Below are positions 19,867 through 29,870 of a stretch of 64,000 nucleotides of DNA, one piece after another (position 1 is the stretch's first letter; every line of letters starts with the position of its first letter). A program made the position numbers and the translations under genes. The DNA lies in NCBI GenBank assembly GCA_964527925.1, contig CAZGQO010000001.1, forward strand, positions 491,312-555,311, written 5' to 3'. The notes beneath the pieces are model-generated. The model worked only from the letters and a program-made list of their open reading frames with translations. It made no database searches and was not told the origin of the DNA. The DNA is from an uncultured Ignavibacteriaceae bacterium. GTDB lineage: Bacteria > Bacteroidota > Ignavibacteria > Ch128b.

Positions 19867-20541
19867 TTGAGAGTATATTTGATGGAAAATCTGGCTGTAA
19901 ATCCAAAATTAATTTTGTTTTTACTTTTCATCCCGATTTTTCTGATATCAATTTCTATTCATGAATTTGCCCACGCTTTTGCCGCTTCGAAATTGGGTGA
20001 TAATACTGCAAAGAATATGGGGCGACTAACATTAAATCCATTCAAACATCTTGATGTTGTAGGAAGCATTTTGATTCCGATTGCTTCATTTGCATCAGGA
20101 ATTGCTCTAATTGGATGGGCAAAACCAGTTCCAATTAATCCTGAAAATTTTCAAAATCGTCGATTTGGTGATGGCGTTGTTTCATTTGTTGGACCATTTT
20201 CGAATTTAGTTTTTGCGTTATTTCTTCTGTTCTTACTGATAATTCTCCCTGATGTAAAGTTATTAGAAATAAATGGCAGAGAATTTCTTCTTTCAGGCTT
20301 GATGAAGTATGGAATTTACATTAATGTATTTCTATTCCTGTTTAATTTACTTCCAGTTCCTCCACTGGATGGCGTCCATATTTTACATGCAATTTTTTAT
20401 TCAAAGACTACTCAAAAGTTGGTTAATATTGGATGGATTGGATCTATAGTTTTACTTTTGTTTATCTACAGTCCGCTCTGGAGATATTTTAATTATCTTT
20501 TGAATTCTATTTTGAAAATTATGATTGAACCTCTCGGTTAA
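19867..20541 (+). CDS. Site-2 protease (M50) intramembrane Zn metalloprotease
   Basis: HEFAH, GWAKPVP, VSFVGPFSN, FNLLPVPPLDG. The start may be ATG near 19882. Confidence 0.9.
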   Translation: MRVYLMENLAVNPKLILFLLFIPIFLISISIHEFAHAFAASKLGDNTAKNMGRLTLNPFKHLDVVGSILIPIASFASGIALIGWAKPVPINPENFQNRRFGDGVVSFVGPFSNLVFALFLLFLLIILPDVKLLEINGREFLLSGLMKYGIYINVFLFLFNLLPVPPLDGVHILHAIFYSKTTQKLVNIGWIGSIVLLLFIYSPLWRYFNYLLNSILKIMIEPLG

Positions 20542-20747
20542 ATCTTCTGTTTAATACGAACAGTTTTGCTGCTTTATTTCGAAAACAATTTAAAATCAAA
20601 GCCATGTAATTTTGATGATCACTTCTAAAAATCTAAAGAATGATCACCAATCACTCAAATCAGACTCCGCTTATCGAATTTATATTCTTATGTTTTAACT
20701 TTTCAAATAGTTATTTTTAAAAGTACTTTTGAGAGAAATTAAAGACA

Positions 20748-22655
20748 ATGGATTTAGAAAAAATTAACAGACGAAAGGTTTATTTCAGAATCATTGAATA
20801 CCTGAAACCTTACTGGAAACATCTAAGTGGAGTTTTAATCACATCATTTTTTTTTACAGTTTTCAGTGGACTATCAATTTATCTTACCATACCTTTGCTC
20901 GAAACTTTATTTCAAACAGAATTAAGAACAGAACAGGGATTACCACCAACAGCTGAGTTAAGCCAAAGACTTGAAACGCAGGCTAAAAGCGGTGGATTTC
21001 TTTCAGGATTAAAAAGAGAACTTTCCGAAAATTTATATTCGTTCATCAACACACCATCGAAAAGAGAGTCTTTGTTTAGAATCTGTGCGTTGATTGTTTT
21101 GACATTTTTCTTGAAAGGATTTTTTGGGTATTTGCAATCATATCTTATGGCATATATTGAACAGGGATTCATTCGTGATTTACGGAATGAAACTTACTCT
21201 CATCTCAACAAACTTTCACTGAAGTATTTCACAAATGAGAGAATTGGAAATCTGATTTCCCGCATCACAAACGATATTACAATGATTAATACCGGAATCT
21301 CTGCTAGCTTTGTTACCCTTACCAAAGATCCTTTACTTGTTCTTGTATTTTTAATCCTCGCACTTGCAATCAGCTGGCAATTGACCCTGCTTTCACTTGT
21401 TGTAATGCCGTTTTCTCTTGCGATAATCAGCTGGCTGGGGGTAATACTCTATAAACAGAGTTATATTCTTCAAGATAAGATGGCGGATTTAACTTCTTTC
21501 CTTCAAGAAAAGATTTACGGTACAAAGATTGTTAAAGCCTTCAATATGGAATCAAAAGAAAACGAAAACTTTTTTACTCTAACAAATCACTTCTTCAGAT
21601 TAATCTTAAGAATTACACGAATTAGAAACATTGCTCCGCCTGTCACAGAGTTTTTCAGTATTCTTGCCGGCGTATTAATAATCTGGTATGGTGGAATTCA
21701 AGTTCTCGAATCACACACTTTGAAGGCAAGTGAGTTTCTTGGATTTCTTTTTATCATTTTTCAAATAATGCCCCCAATTAAAGAATTGAGTAATGTTGCT
21801 AATAGATTTCAAGAATCAACTGCAGCAGCATCAAGAGTTTTTGAAATTATCGATGAACCAATAACTATTAAAAACAAACCTAACGCAATTCCATTCAGAT
21901 CTTTTGAAGATAAAATTGTATTAGATAAAGTTTCTTTTCATTATGATATAAATCACAAATACATTTTGAAAAACATTTCTTTCGAAGTCAACAAAGGTGA
22001 AATAGTTGCACTTGTTGGACCAAGTGGTGCTGGAAAAACTACACTTGTCGATTTAATTCCAAGATTCTATGATGTAACTGAAGGTGCAATATTTATCGAT
22101 GGGATTGATATTAGAGATTACGAAATCAAATCATTAAGAAATCAAATTGGAATCGTAACTCAGGATCCAATTCTGTTTAATGAGTCGGTAAGAAACAATA
22201 TTAGCTACGGAATGGAAAACTCAGACCTCGATTTAATAATTAGTGCAGCTAAAGCGGCAAACGCACACGATTTTATCATGGAACTTCCTTTGGGTTACGA
22301 TACAATCATTGGAGAAAGAGGTTTGAAACTTTCGGGCGGACAACGACAAAGAATTTCAATTGCTCGAGCACTGCTCAAAAATCCTCCAATTATGATTTTA
22401 GATGAAGCTACATCTGCACTCGATAGTGAGTCAGAAATTTTGGTTCAAAGTGCAATAGAAAGATTAATGCAAAACAGAACTACATTTGTAATTGCTCATC
22501 GTTTGAGCACTGTAAGAAATGCAAACAAAGTCATAGTAATTGATGAAGGCAAAATTGTTCAGATGGGAACCCACAATGAATTAATTCAGGATAAAGATGG
22601 ATTATATTACAGACTTTATACACTCCAATTTAGATTCAACGAGGAAATTGCATGA
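20748..22655 (+). CDS. msbA: MsbA-like ABC exporter (permease plus ATPase)
   Basis: Six-TM domain, GPSGAGKT, LSGGQRQRISIARA, ILDEATSALD, VIAHRLST. The lipid A flippase role is inferred from context. Confidence 0.8.
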   Translation: MDLEKINRRKVYFRIIEYLKPYWKHLSGVLITSFFFTVFSGLSIYLTIPLLETLFQTELRTEQGLPPTAELSQRLETQAKSGGFLSGLKRELSENLYSFINTPSKRESLFRICALIVLTFFLKGFFGYLQSYLMAYIEQGFIRDLRNETYSHLNKLSLKYFTNERIGNLISRITNDITMINTGISASFVTLTKDPLLVLVFLILALAISWQLTLLSLVVMPFSLAIISWLGVILYKQSYILQDKMADLTSFLQEKIYGTKIVKAFNMESKENENFFTLTNHFFRLILRITRIRNIAPPVTEFFSILAGVLIIWYGGIQVLESHTLKASEFLGFLFIIFQIMPPIKELSNVANRFQESTAAASRVFEIIDEPITIKNKPNAIPFRSFEDKIVLDKVSFHYDINHKYILKNISFEVNKGEIVALVGPSGAGKTTLVDLIPRFYDVTEGAIFIDGIDIRDYEIKSLRNQIGIVTQDPILFNESVRNNISYGMENSDLDLIISAAKAANAHDFIMELPLGYDTIIGERGLKLSGGQRQRISIARALLKNPPIMILDEATSALDSESEILVQSAIERLMQNRTTFVIAHRLSTVRNANKVIVIDEGKIVQMGTHNELIQDKDGLYYRLYTLQFRFNEEIA

Positions 22656-24730
22656 ACAACAAAAAAGAATATTTAATTGAAATTCTTGACAGGACTGGGT
22701 TTGTATTTCTTTTCATTTTTGCTTCAAGTCTAACAACATCAATTTTTGTGAATCAGATTGGCTATTATGGTGCATTGCTAACTTTACTGATTCGTTTTGC
22801 TGTTCAAAATAAATTTGAAAAAAGAAAAATTGGATTAGAAGCTTTATTCCTCTTATTGATTTTAGCAGAAGTAATTTCAGCCATTTTATCTGAAAATTCC
22901 GGGCAAGCTTTTTACAACACATTTAAAAGGGCTGTTTTACTTCCAGTCGTTTACATGCCAGTATATTATATCAGAAACGAAAAGCGTTTTAAGAGAATTA
23001 CTTACGCATTTCTTGTTTTCGCAGTCCTTGGAATGCTGGTATATTTAATCTATGCATATCAATATTACATTCACCAGCTGTATACAAAAGAATCAAAAGG
23101 TCCATCGCTTTTTCAGTATGTGATGACAGCTGGAGGATTGATGAGTATTGTTACAATTATTCTTGTTGGCTTTCTCTTTCTCAAAGAAAATAAGTTGCGC
23201 TATAAAATTCTGTTGATAATTGCAATTCTTATTTCAGCAGGTTCTTTAATCTCTAGTTACACCAGAGCTGCGTGGATTGGAACTGTTGTTGGTGTGATTG
23301 TTTTATTTTTACTCCATAAAAGATGGGTGTTTGTTGGTGTTGTTGTAATCTTAAGCGGTTTATTTTTTACACTCACACAAACTACAAGTCAATTAATTTC
23401 TTTTACTATTGAAGATAGTAATATGAAATTAGAATCCTATTCTATCGTAAATACAAAAGGAAGATCCCAAGGCATAAATATTAGAAATAATGAAATATTT
23501 GTCGCTGACTACGAAGCTGGTATAACGAAATGGAGTGTGGATGGAAAAGATTTTAAGTTTGAGAGGCAGTTTTTAACTCCTTCACCAACTCGCGGAATTA
23601 TTATTAAAGATTCATTGATATACGCTCTGCTGCTCGATTCAAGAATTTTCATTTTAAGTGCAGATGTTGATTCATTTCACTTCATCTCTTCAATAATTCC
23701 ACAGAATCTTGTTTATAGTTTCTATTTACATAAAAATTATTTACTGTTCATTGAAGGAGAATCTGGAATTTCTTTCCTTGATATTTCAAATCCTTATAAA
23801 CCAAAATTTATTGGTCGAATAAATTTATCTAACGAAAAGAAAAAAACTGTATTCACAGGACTTGCAAGTAAAGACAATTACTTATACGCATCACTTGATG
23901 ATAAAAAATTCCTTATAATAAATTTTTCTGATCCTTCAAATCCCATTGTGGTTGATGAGATTCAAACCGAAGATAAACCTTCGTCACTAACTATTGATGG
24001 AAATAATTTGATAATATGCGATGGTTTGAGAGGGATAAAAGTTTACGATATAACAAATCCAGATAAGCCAAAACTTTATCGTGGAATTGCAACAAAGGGT
24101 TTTCCTAATATCATTAGGACTGAAAAAGATAAAATTTATTACACAGATTTTGCTGGTTCGATTTATATGATTGATATCCACGGAAATGTTTTTGAGCTCT
24201 CAAAATTCAAAGAAAAAATTTCAGGACTTGTAAAATACGATTCACTCTGGATCGCATCATATTTCTATAGAAGCAGATTCAGTTCAATATATGATTCATA
24301 TCATCCCTCAAACATTGAAAGAATAAATCAAATAAAAGTAGCTTTTAGAATCTTCAGAGAAAATCCTTTCTTTGGAGTAGGAAATATTGATTTTAATGAA
24401 CTGTACAAAAAATATCGTGAACCTTTTGATAAGTACACTTACGGTCATTTACACAATAACTACACTCACATTCTTGCAACACTCGGAATTTTTGGATTTA
24501 TAATTTTCATTGTTTTGCTTATTAGAATATTTTTCATTCATCTGGAGACAATAAAAGTTTCTCAACAGAAAAATTTTTACAACATTTTTGCAAAAGGATT
24601 ATTTGCTTCTTTTGTTGGAATTTGCACAAGTGGTTTATTTGAATATAACTTTGGTGATCATGAAATTGCAACAATGATCTGGTTTACAGTTGGTATGAGC
24701 GCAACTATTCAAAAACTTTTGAAAGAATAA
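22652..24730 (+). CDS. O-antigen ligase (WaaL/Wzy_C) family protein with inserted LVIVD-repeat domain
   Basis: WaaL motifs SYTRAAWIG, ERINQIKVAFRIFRENPFFGVG, GHLHNNY. A ~300 aa soluble insert carries repeats FLDISNPYKPKFIG, IINFSDPSNPIVV, VYDITNPDKPKL. Confidence 0.82.
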   Translation: MNNKKEYLIEILDRTGFVFLFIFASSLTTSIFVNQIGYYGALLTLLIRFAVQNKFEKRKIGLEALFLLLILAEVISAILSENSGQAFYNTFKRAVLLPVVYMPVYYIRNEKRFKRITYAFLVFAVLGMLVYLIYAYQYYIHQLYTKESKGPSLFQYVMTAGGLMSIVTIILVGFLFLKENKLRYKILLIIAILISAGSLISSYTRAAWIGTVVGVIVLFLLHKRWVFVGVVVILSGLFFTLTQTTSQLISFTIEDSNMKLESYSIVNTKGRSQGINIRNNEIFVADYEAGITKWSVDGKDFKFERQFLTPSPTRGIIIKDSLIYALLLDSRIFILSADVDSFHFISSIIPQNLVYSFYLHKNYLLFIEGESGISFLDISNPYKPKFIGRINLSNEKKKTVFTGLASKDNYLYASLDDKKFLIINFSDPSNPIVVDEIQTEDKPSSLTIDGNNLIICDGLRGIKVYDITNPDKPKLYRGIATKGFPNIIRTEKDKIYYTDFAGSIYMIDIHGNVFELSKFKEKISGLVKYDSLWIASYFYRSRFSSIYDSYHPSNIERINQIKVAFRIFRENPFFGVGNIDFNELYKKYREPFDKYTYGHLHNNYTHILATLGIFGFIIFIVLLIRIFFIHLETIKVSQQKNFYNIFAKGLFASFVGICTSGLFEYNFGDHEIATMIWFTVGMSATIQKLLKE

Positions 24731-24773
24731 TTATTCAATTCAAGTTAATGATAACAAAGAAGGGAGGATTAAA

Positions 24774-25052
24774 ATGAGTGATCATGACAAAAAACATTTT
24801 GATGCACTTTTCATTCAATTAATTCTCCAGTTTCAAACTTCCGCAATGATTGGTATGGGCAAATTGAAAAATCCTGTCACTGATAAAATTGAAAAAAATC
24901 TCGAAGCTGCTAAACTTTCAATCGATATGATAGATATGATAAAAGAAAAAACAAAAGGAAATTTAAGTGAAGATGAAGAAAGACTGATTACTCAAATCAG
25001 CCGTGATTTAAAATTAAACTATGTCGATGAACTCGAAAAAGAACGAAAATAA
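24774..25052 (+). CDS. DUF1844 family protein
   Basis: AMIGMGKLKNPVT, NLEAAKLSIDMIDMIKEKTKGNL. GGAGG RBS upstream. Confidence 0.8.
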   Translation: MSDHDKKHFDALFIQLILQFQTSAMIGMGKLKNPVTDKIEKNLEAAKLSIDMIDMIKEKTKGNLSEDEERLITQISRDLKLNYVDELEKERK

Positions 25053-25081
25053 AAATCTGAATAGAAACAAGAGGTAAAAAC

Positions 25082-25978
25082 TTGAGAATTGGAATAATTG
25101 CTAATACAACAAAGTACGATGTAACTAATTATCTTCTTGAATTTATTAGAGGAAGTCAGAAATTCTCTGATTTAAGGATAATTCTTAGTAAAAACACATA
25201 CGATTTCATCAAAGCCATTCTTAAAAAAAATAAATTGGATAAACTTGTTTCTTCTTTACCAGAAGACAGATTCAAAAATAAAATAGATTTATTGCTCTCG
25301 TTTGGTGGTGACGGCACAATGCTGTACTCCGCCCAATTTGCTATCAAAGCAGATGTGGTGCTGGCTGGAGTAAACTTCGGGAAGCTCGGATTTCTGGCTG
25401 ATATCAATTACAATGATTTGCTGTCTGTATTAGAAGAATTCGAAAAATCAGAGTATGAAGTAGAAAAAAGAATCTTATTAGAAGGAAAAATTTCGAACAA
25501 AAAATCAGAGAGTTTGATTGCCGTAAACGATATCGTAATTGAAAAAGGCAGCTGGTCAAGAATTATTGAAATTAATACATGGGTTGATGATAAATTTTTA
25601 ACAACATATCGTTCCGATGGCTTAATTATTTCGACGCCAACAGGTTCAACTGGTTATTCATTATCATCAGGCGGACCAATCCTTTTACCAGAGATGAATT
25701 CAATTATTCTCAGCCCAATCTGTCCGCATACATTAACTGTCAGACCAATTGTAATTCCTGCCGAAAGTACAATCAGAATCGAGGCATTTTCAGGATACCA
25801 GGCAATCACAATCAATAAAGACGGACAGCAAAGTTATAAAATCAAACCACCTGTTAAATTAACTATAAAAAAATATTCAGGCTACTTGAAACTTCTCAAA
25901 AGAAAGAATAAAGATTTCTTTCAAACATTACGAGAAAAACTAATGTGGGGTGTGGATATAAGAGAACAAAACAAATAA
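25082..25978 (+). CDS. nadK: NAD(+)/NADH kinase
   Basis: FGGDGTML, GKLGFL, AVNDIVI, DGLIISTPTGSTGYSLSSGGP. TTG start. Confidence 0.92.
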   Translation: MRIGIIANTTKYDVTNYLLEFIRGSQKFSDLRIILSKNTYDFIKAILKKNKLDKLVSSLPEDRFKNKIDLLLSFGGDGTMLYSAQFAIKADVVLAGVNFGKLGFLADINYNDLLSVLEEFEKSEYEVEKRILLEGKISNKKSESLIAVNDIVIEKGSWSRIIEINTWVDDKFLTTYRSDGLIISTPTGSTGYSLSSGGPILLPEMNSIILSPICPHTLTVRPIVIPAESTIRIEAFSGYQAITINKDGQQSYKIKPPVKLTIKKYSGYLKLLKRKNKDFFQTLREKLMWGVDIREQNK

Positions 25979-25991
25979 CGAGGCAAAAACA

Positions 25992-26519
25992 ATGAAATTT
26001 AAATTTTTATTTCTATCTATTCTATTCATTTTAATGATTAATTTTACTTCAGCTCAGGTTAAAAAAACTTCCCCAAAAACCATCACGGACGAAAAAACTA
26101 ATAAGCCAATGTTAATAGGAATGTGCTCAAGAAATAATTTTTTTTCTGATACAAGTTTTTCCTGGTGGTTTGAAGCTGAGTATGAATCTTATGAACTTGA
26201 AGATTCAGTAATTAATTTAATTAATCTTGATTCAGTGAAAATTGTATGCGTAATGGGCACATGGTGCAGTGATAGTCGAAGGGAAGTACCTCATCTCTTC
26301 AAAATTCTGGATAAACTAAATTTCGATTATAAAAATTTTGAGATGTATTGCGTCGATAGAAAAAAACAAGCCGAAGGATTTGATATTGATCAGTTTGTAA
26401 TTGAAAAAGTACCGACTTTTATTTTCTACAAAAATGATTCAGAGATTGGAAGGATAATAGAAACACCTGTTGAAACACTTGAAAGAGATATCTTAAAAAT
26501 ATTAAGATTTCCTTACTGA
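25992..26519 (+). CDS. Exported thioredoxin-fold protein, monothiol WCSDS motif
   Basis: Signal-peptide-like MKFKFLFLSILFILMINFTSAQ, MGTWCSDSRREVP, cis-Pro motif KVPTFIF, EIGRIIE. Confidence 0.75.
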   Translation: MKFKFLFLSILFILMINFTSAQVKKTSPKTITDEKTNKPMLIGMCSRNNFFSDTSFSWWFEAEYESYELEDSVINLINLDSVKIVCVMGTWCSDSRREVPHLFKILDKLNFDYKNFEMYCVDRKKQAEGFDIDQFVIEKVPTFIFYKNDSEIGRIIETPVETLERDILKILRFPY

Positions 26520-26526
26520 AAATTTT

Positions 26527-26564
26527 GTGGGCAGAGGAAGTAATTTATTGATTCCTCTGCCCAC
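26527..26564. terminator. Hairpin terminator between convergent genes
   Basis: Perfect 13-bp inverted repeat GTGGGCAGAGGAA (26527-26539) / TTCCTCTGCCCAC (26552-26564) between stops at 26519 (+) and 26579 (-). Confidence 0.8.
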
Positions 26565-26578
26565 CTTATAACTAACTT

Positions 26579-29565
26579 TTATTTAATCAAAACCAATTTC
26601 TTAGAATCGACAAAATTCCCGGCACTCAACTTATAGATATAAACTCCTGAAGCTAAATCATTCAGATTAAGTTTCACACTGTAGATACCCTTATTCTTGA
26701 ATTCACTTATCAAAGTTTTTATTTCTTCGCCCATCACATTATACAACTTAAGTTCAACAAACTGGTTCTCAGGTAAAGTAATTCTAATTTGAGTCTGACT
26801 ATTGAAAGGATTGGGATAATTTTGAGACAGAGAATAAGATTTAATTTCGGTAAGTGGTTTGACAGCAATTGAACCAGATTTATCAAGTTTCAATTTGATT
26901 TTTTCTCCTTGATTAAGAAAGATTTCCTTCTCTGAAGTAATGTCATGTAATATCTTGAAACTTGCGTTCTTTGCTTCAACAACAACTTCGTCGTCAGGTG
27001 ATTGAATAAGAACATTGATTAAGTCAGAATTCAAATCTGCAACATATTTATTATTATAAAATCGAACATCAAAAGATTTAGCGTGAGGAATGGGCGGTAA
27101 GTCAAATTTTGTGTAATCAAATTCTTCGGTAAAGAAAATTTCTCTCAAAGATTCAGAACTTCTGAAAATCAAACATGGCCATTTACTATCAATTTCTTCC
27201 TTATGACTAAACTTCCCTGCAGAAAATGGCAAACTTAAAATTAATGTACCAGGCTGGTTAGATTTTATCCAGTAACCTTTCCCCTTTTCAAGAGTTTGAG
27301 TTTGATAATAACCTTTGTGATAACCGTAGAATGGAGAAGCTAATATATTGGGTGAATTTGTAGCAATTGATGAAACAGGTACATTCTGATGAATAGTACC
27401 TATCAAATTCCATCCTTCCATCAAACTATCTTGCAGTTGATTTGAAATGATAACTGGAATAGAATAAGAATTTGGTTGACTAAATTTTAACCAGTAACCT
27501 TTTCCGCTATTCAAATCATTTTCAACTTGATAAGAACTTCCATTATACCAGTACGCATTGGATACATTCCCAAAGAATAATGAATCCTCGTTTGTTTGTT
27601 GTGGAGTTCCTGGAACCGAAACTATATTCCACAATGAATCAACTGATACTTCAACACTAACATAAGGAGCTTGAACTGTTAAAACTCCCGAAACATAGTT
27701 ATTACCATCCCAGAATCCACCGCCAGATTAACTGTAACCACCATATCTCACTTCACTTCCATATTGAAATTTCCTTGCATAGTAATAAGTACCTGGTGCT
27801 AAATCATAACCAATATCGGCCATGTATTCATCATTATTTCCAACATCTACATTAAAGACAGCCAGATACCAATTTGTCCATGTTGATGGATTTGTGTTTT
27901 GATTATTTACACCAACCCATGCACTTATGCCGCTTCCTGATCCCGGTGAAGGTGTTATTCCATCAATCCAGATTTGAGCATAAACTCTTAAGGAATCACC
28001 ATGATTAATTGTGCCTGATGGCAGCCATTGTAAATTACACCAACCAATTGGTGTTGCAATAAATGGTTCATCAGCACCTCGATAAGGATTTGTTGAACTT
28101 CTTAAATCACCGTCAATATCCGTTGTAATTCCTGGAATTGGAATTCCATAAAGATTAGTATCGCCAATAGAAACTCCTGAGAGAAGTAAATCAGTCTGAG
28201 AAACAAAGTATACCTGTCTGAACTTTGTGGCTGCCTCATTTGGTGCTGCTGCTGTCTGATAATCTGAAAGATTATTGAAATAACTTGTACCCCACCCAGC
28301 ATGATAAGAATAATCCTGAGTCGGAACATAATAAACATTATAATCGACATTCAATTGAGCCGAAGTATTTGTAACTAAATTGGCTAAATGTAAAACCCCA
28401 TAAGTGCTTGTTCTTGTATTTACACAAATATTATTTTTTGATGTAAACACAGATTGTGCGTTTGTATTGGCAAAACTAATTCCCGCCGAAACAACATTTC
28501 CTGCTGTGCCTCCGCCTAATTGATTTCCTCCAATGTAAATTGAATTATAGAAAACACTGGCTTGAAATTGATTCGAACCTATAAAGTGAATTCCATAGAA
28601 GGCCGAAATGCTTGTATTATTTGATATTAGAGAGATGAAATTATTCTAGATTATGATGTTTGAATTTGTTGCAGGTGTGAAGTACAATCCTCTTATTGAA
28701 GAACCGCTGGTAGAAATAGTTTGCAGTCCATAAATTTTGTTTTTTCTGATAATAATATCACCAATGGTTGATGTACCAGAAATGATTCCGCTTACAATTG
28801 TTGAATTTGATCCCTGAGTCTGGTATACGGTGTAATTTTCAACAAGAGCATTTCGAACATAGGATGAGAACCAGATACCAGCCTAACCGAAATTAAATAT
28901 CTCACAATTTGCAATAATATTATCAGCATTTGGATAGCTGGATGTACCCGCAAATCCAATTCCAGACCTAGATCCTTCAATCTTGCAATATTGAATAATA
29001 TTATTTGAATTTCCGGTCGGATTACTAACAGATGTTGAGAAGTCAAAATTTCTTGGTCCGGCAGTAGGTATTGATGCATCTTTTACATGCAGGTATTGAA
29101 AGACATTATAAATCGCACCATTTATTAATCGAATTGTATGGGCTCCTGATGCACTGTAAAGATTTTCAATTTTCATCACACCCTGATTTCCAGTACCACC
29201 AGGTCTGCCATCAAAAGTGAGTTAATCGGCGTTATCAAGTGTAATTATTGGAGTTGTAGCATTACCAATAATTTCAACAAGTGTATTGTTAGATGCAGGT
29301 CTAATTACAATTCTTTTTGATTCATCGACTCCACTTTTCTCTGTAAGTGTAATTGGAAAAACTTCTGAGGTTGCGTTATAACCTGGTAAAAATTCAATAA
29401 TGTATCCAGTAGTTACTGTAGATGGGATTGCATTGTAGGCTTCTTGCAAAGATGAATATGTATTTACAGAGTCCCATCAGCTAACTTTAAAGCAACCGTA
29501 CCGGTTTGTGCATTTAAAGAAAAGTAAAGTAAGAAGTATAAAAAGATGTGAAGTAAGACTCTAAT
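26579..29565 (-). pseudogene. Disrupted ~995-codon T9SS cargo protein (signal peptide, beta-helix, Trp-rich domain, C-terminal sorting domain)
   Basis: AGGAGG (29570-29575) precedes ATT at 29565, which reads as a signal peptide (IRVLLHIFLYFLLYFSLNAQ). That frame stops at 29464-29466 and needs a 1-nt shift. ORF-track fragments 29222-29449, 28883-29179, 27728-28450 and 26579-27634 are all in one frame, separated only by TAA 29222-24, TAG 28883-85, TAG 28646-48 and TAA 27728-30. The C-terminus has YSLSQNYPNPFN...LASGVYIYKL...KKLVLIK. Confidence 0.85.
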
Positions 29566-29569
29566 AATT

Positions 29570-29575
29570 CCTCCT
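29570..29575 (-). promoter_or_regulatory. Shine-Dalgarno of the disrupted T9SS cargo gene
   Basis: Perfect AGGAGG on the minus strand, 4 nt before the ATT codon at 29565. Confidence 0.6.
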
Positions 29576-29870
29576 GTTTTTATTAAGGTTTTAACGTTAA
29601 ACCGGAATAGAAACAGTTTTCACTTTTAAATTGAAGATATAATTATTAATAATCAATCAAAATCCATTAAAATTTCTCATATGAATTTTTTCATTATCAA
29701 TGTGAACGGAGGAAAATATCCAGGCATCAAGGAGATTATTTAATACCAAAGTATTATACGAGTTTGAATTCCTCACTAACTGTAATTCTGGTAAAATTAT
29801 TTCTATGGAGAGTCAACAACAATTTTATAAGTGGAATGGAATTTCCACTCAGAGGAATGCAAAGACGAGT

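Noticed and set aside
26579-29565. Genome-wide reassignment of TAA/TAG to Tyr, or Pyl/Sec recoding, to explain the in-frame stops
   Set aside because: Intact neighbours end normally in TAA (asnB, xerD), TAG (dCMP deaminase) and TGA (recG). Both TAA and TAG occur as internal stops, and the gene also has a frameshift and a lost ATG.
26579-29565. Diversity-generating retroelement target
   Set aside because: No reverse transcriptase and no template/variable repeat pair seen in the window. The inferred changes are not adenine-specific.
29827-29849. 7-bp hairpin after recG and a 14-mer (TCCATTCCACTTAT) shared with REP unit C at 54014-54027
   Set aside because: The hairpin lacks a U-tract, and a 14-nt match is expected by chance many times in 64 kb of AT-rich DNA.
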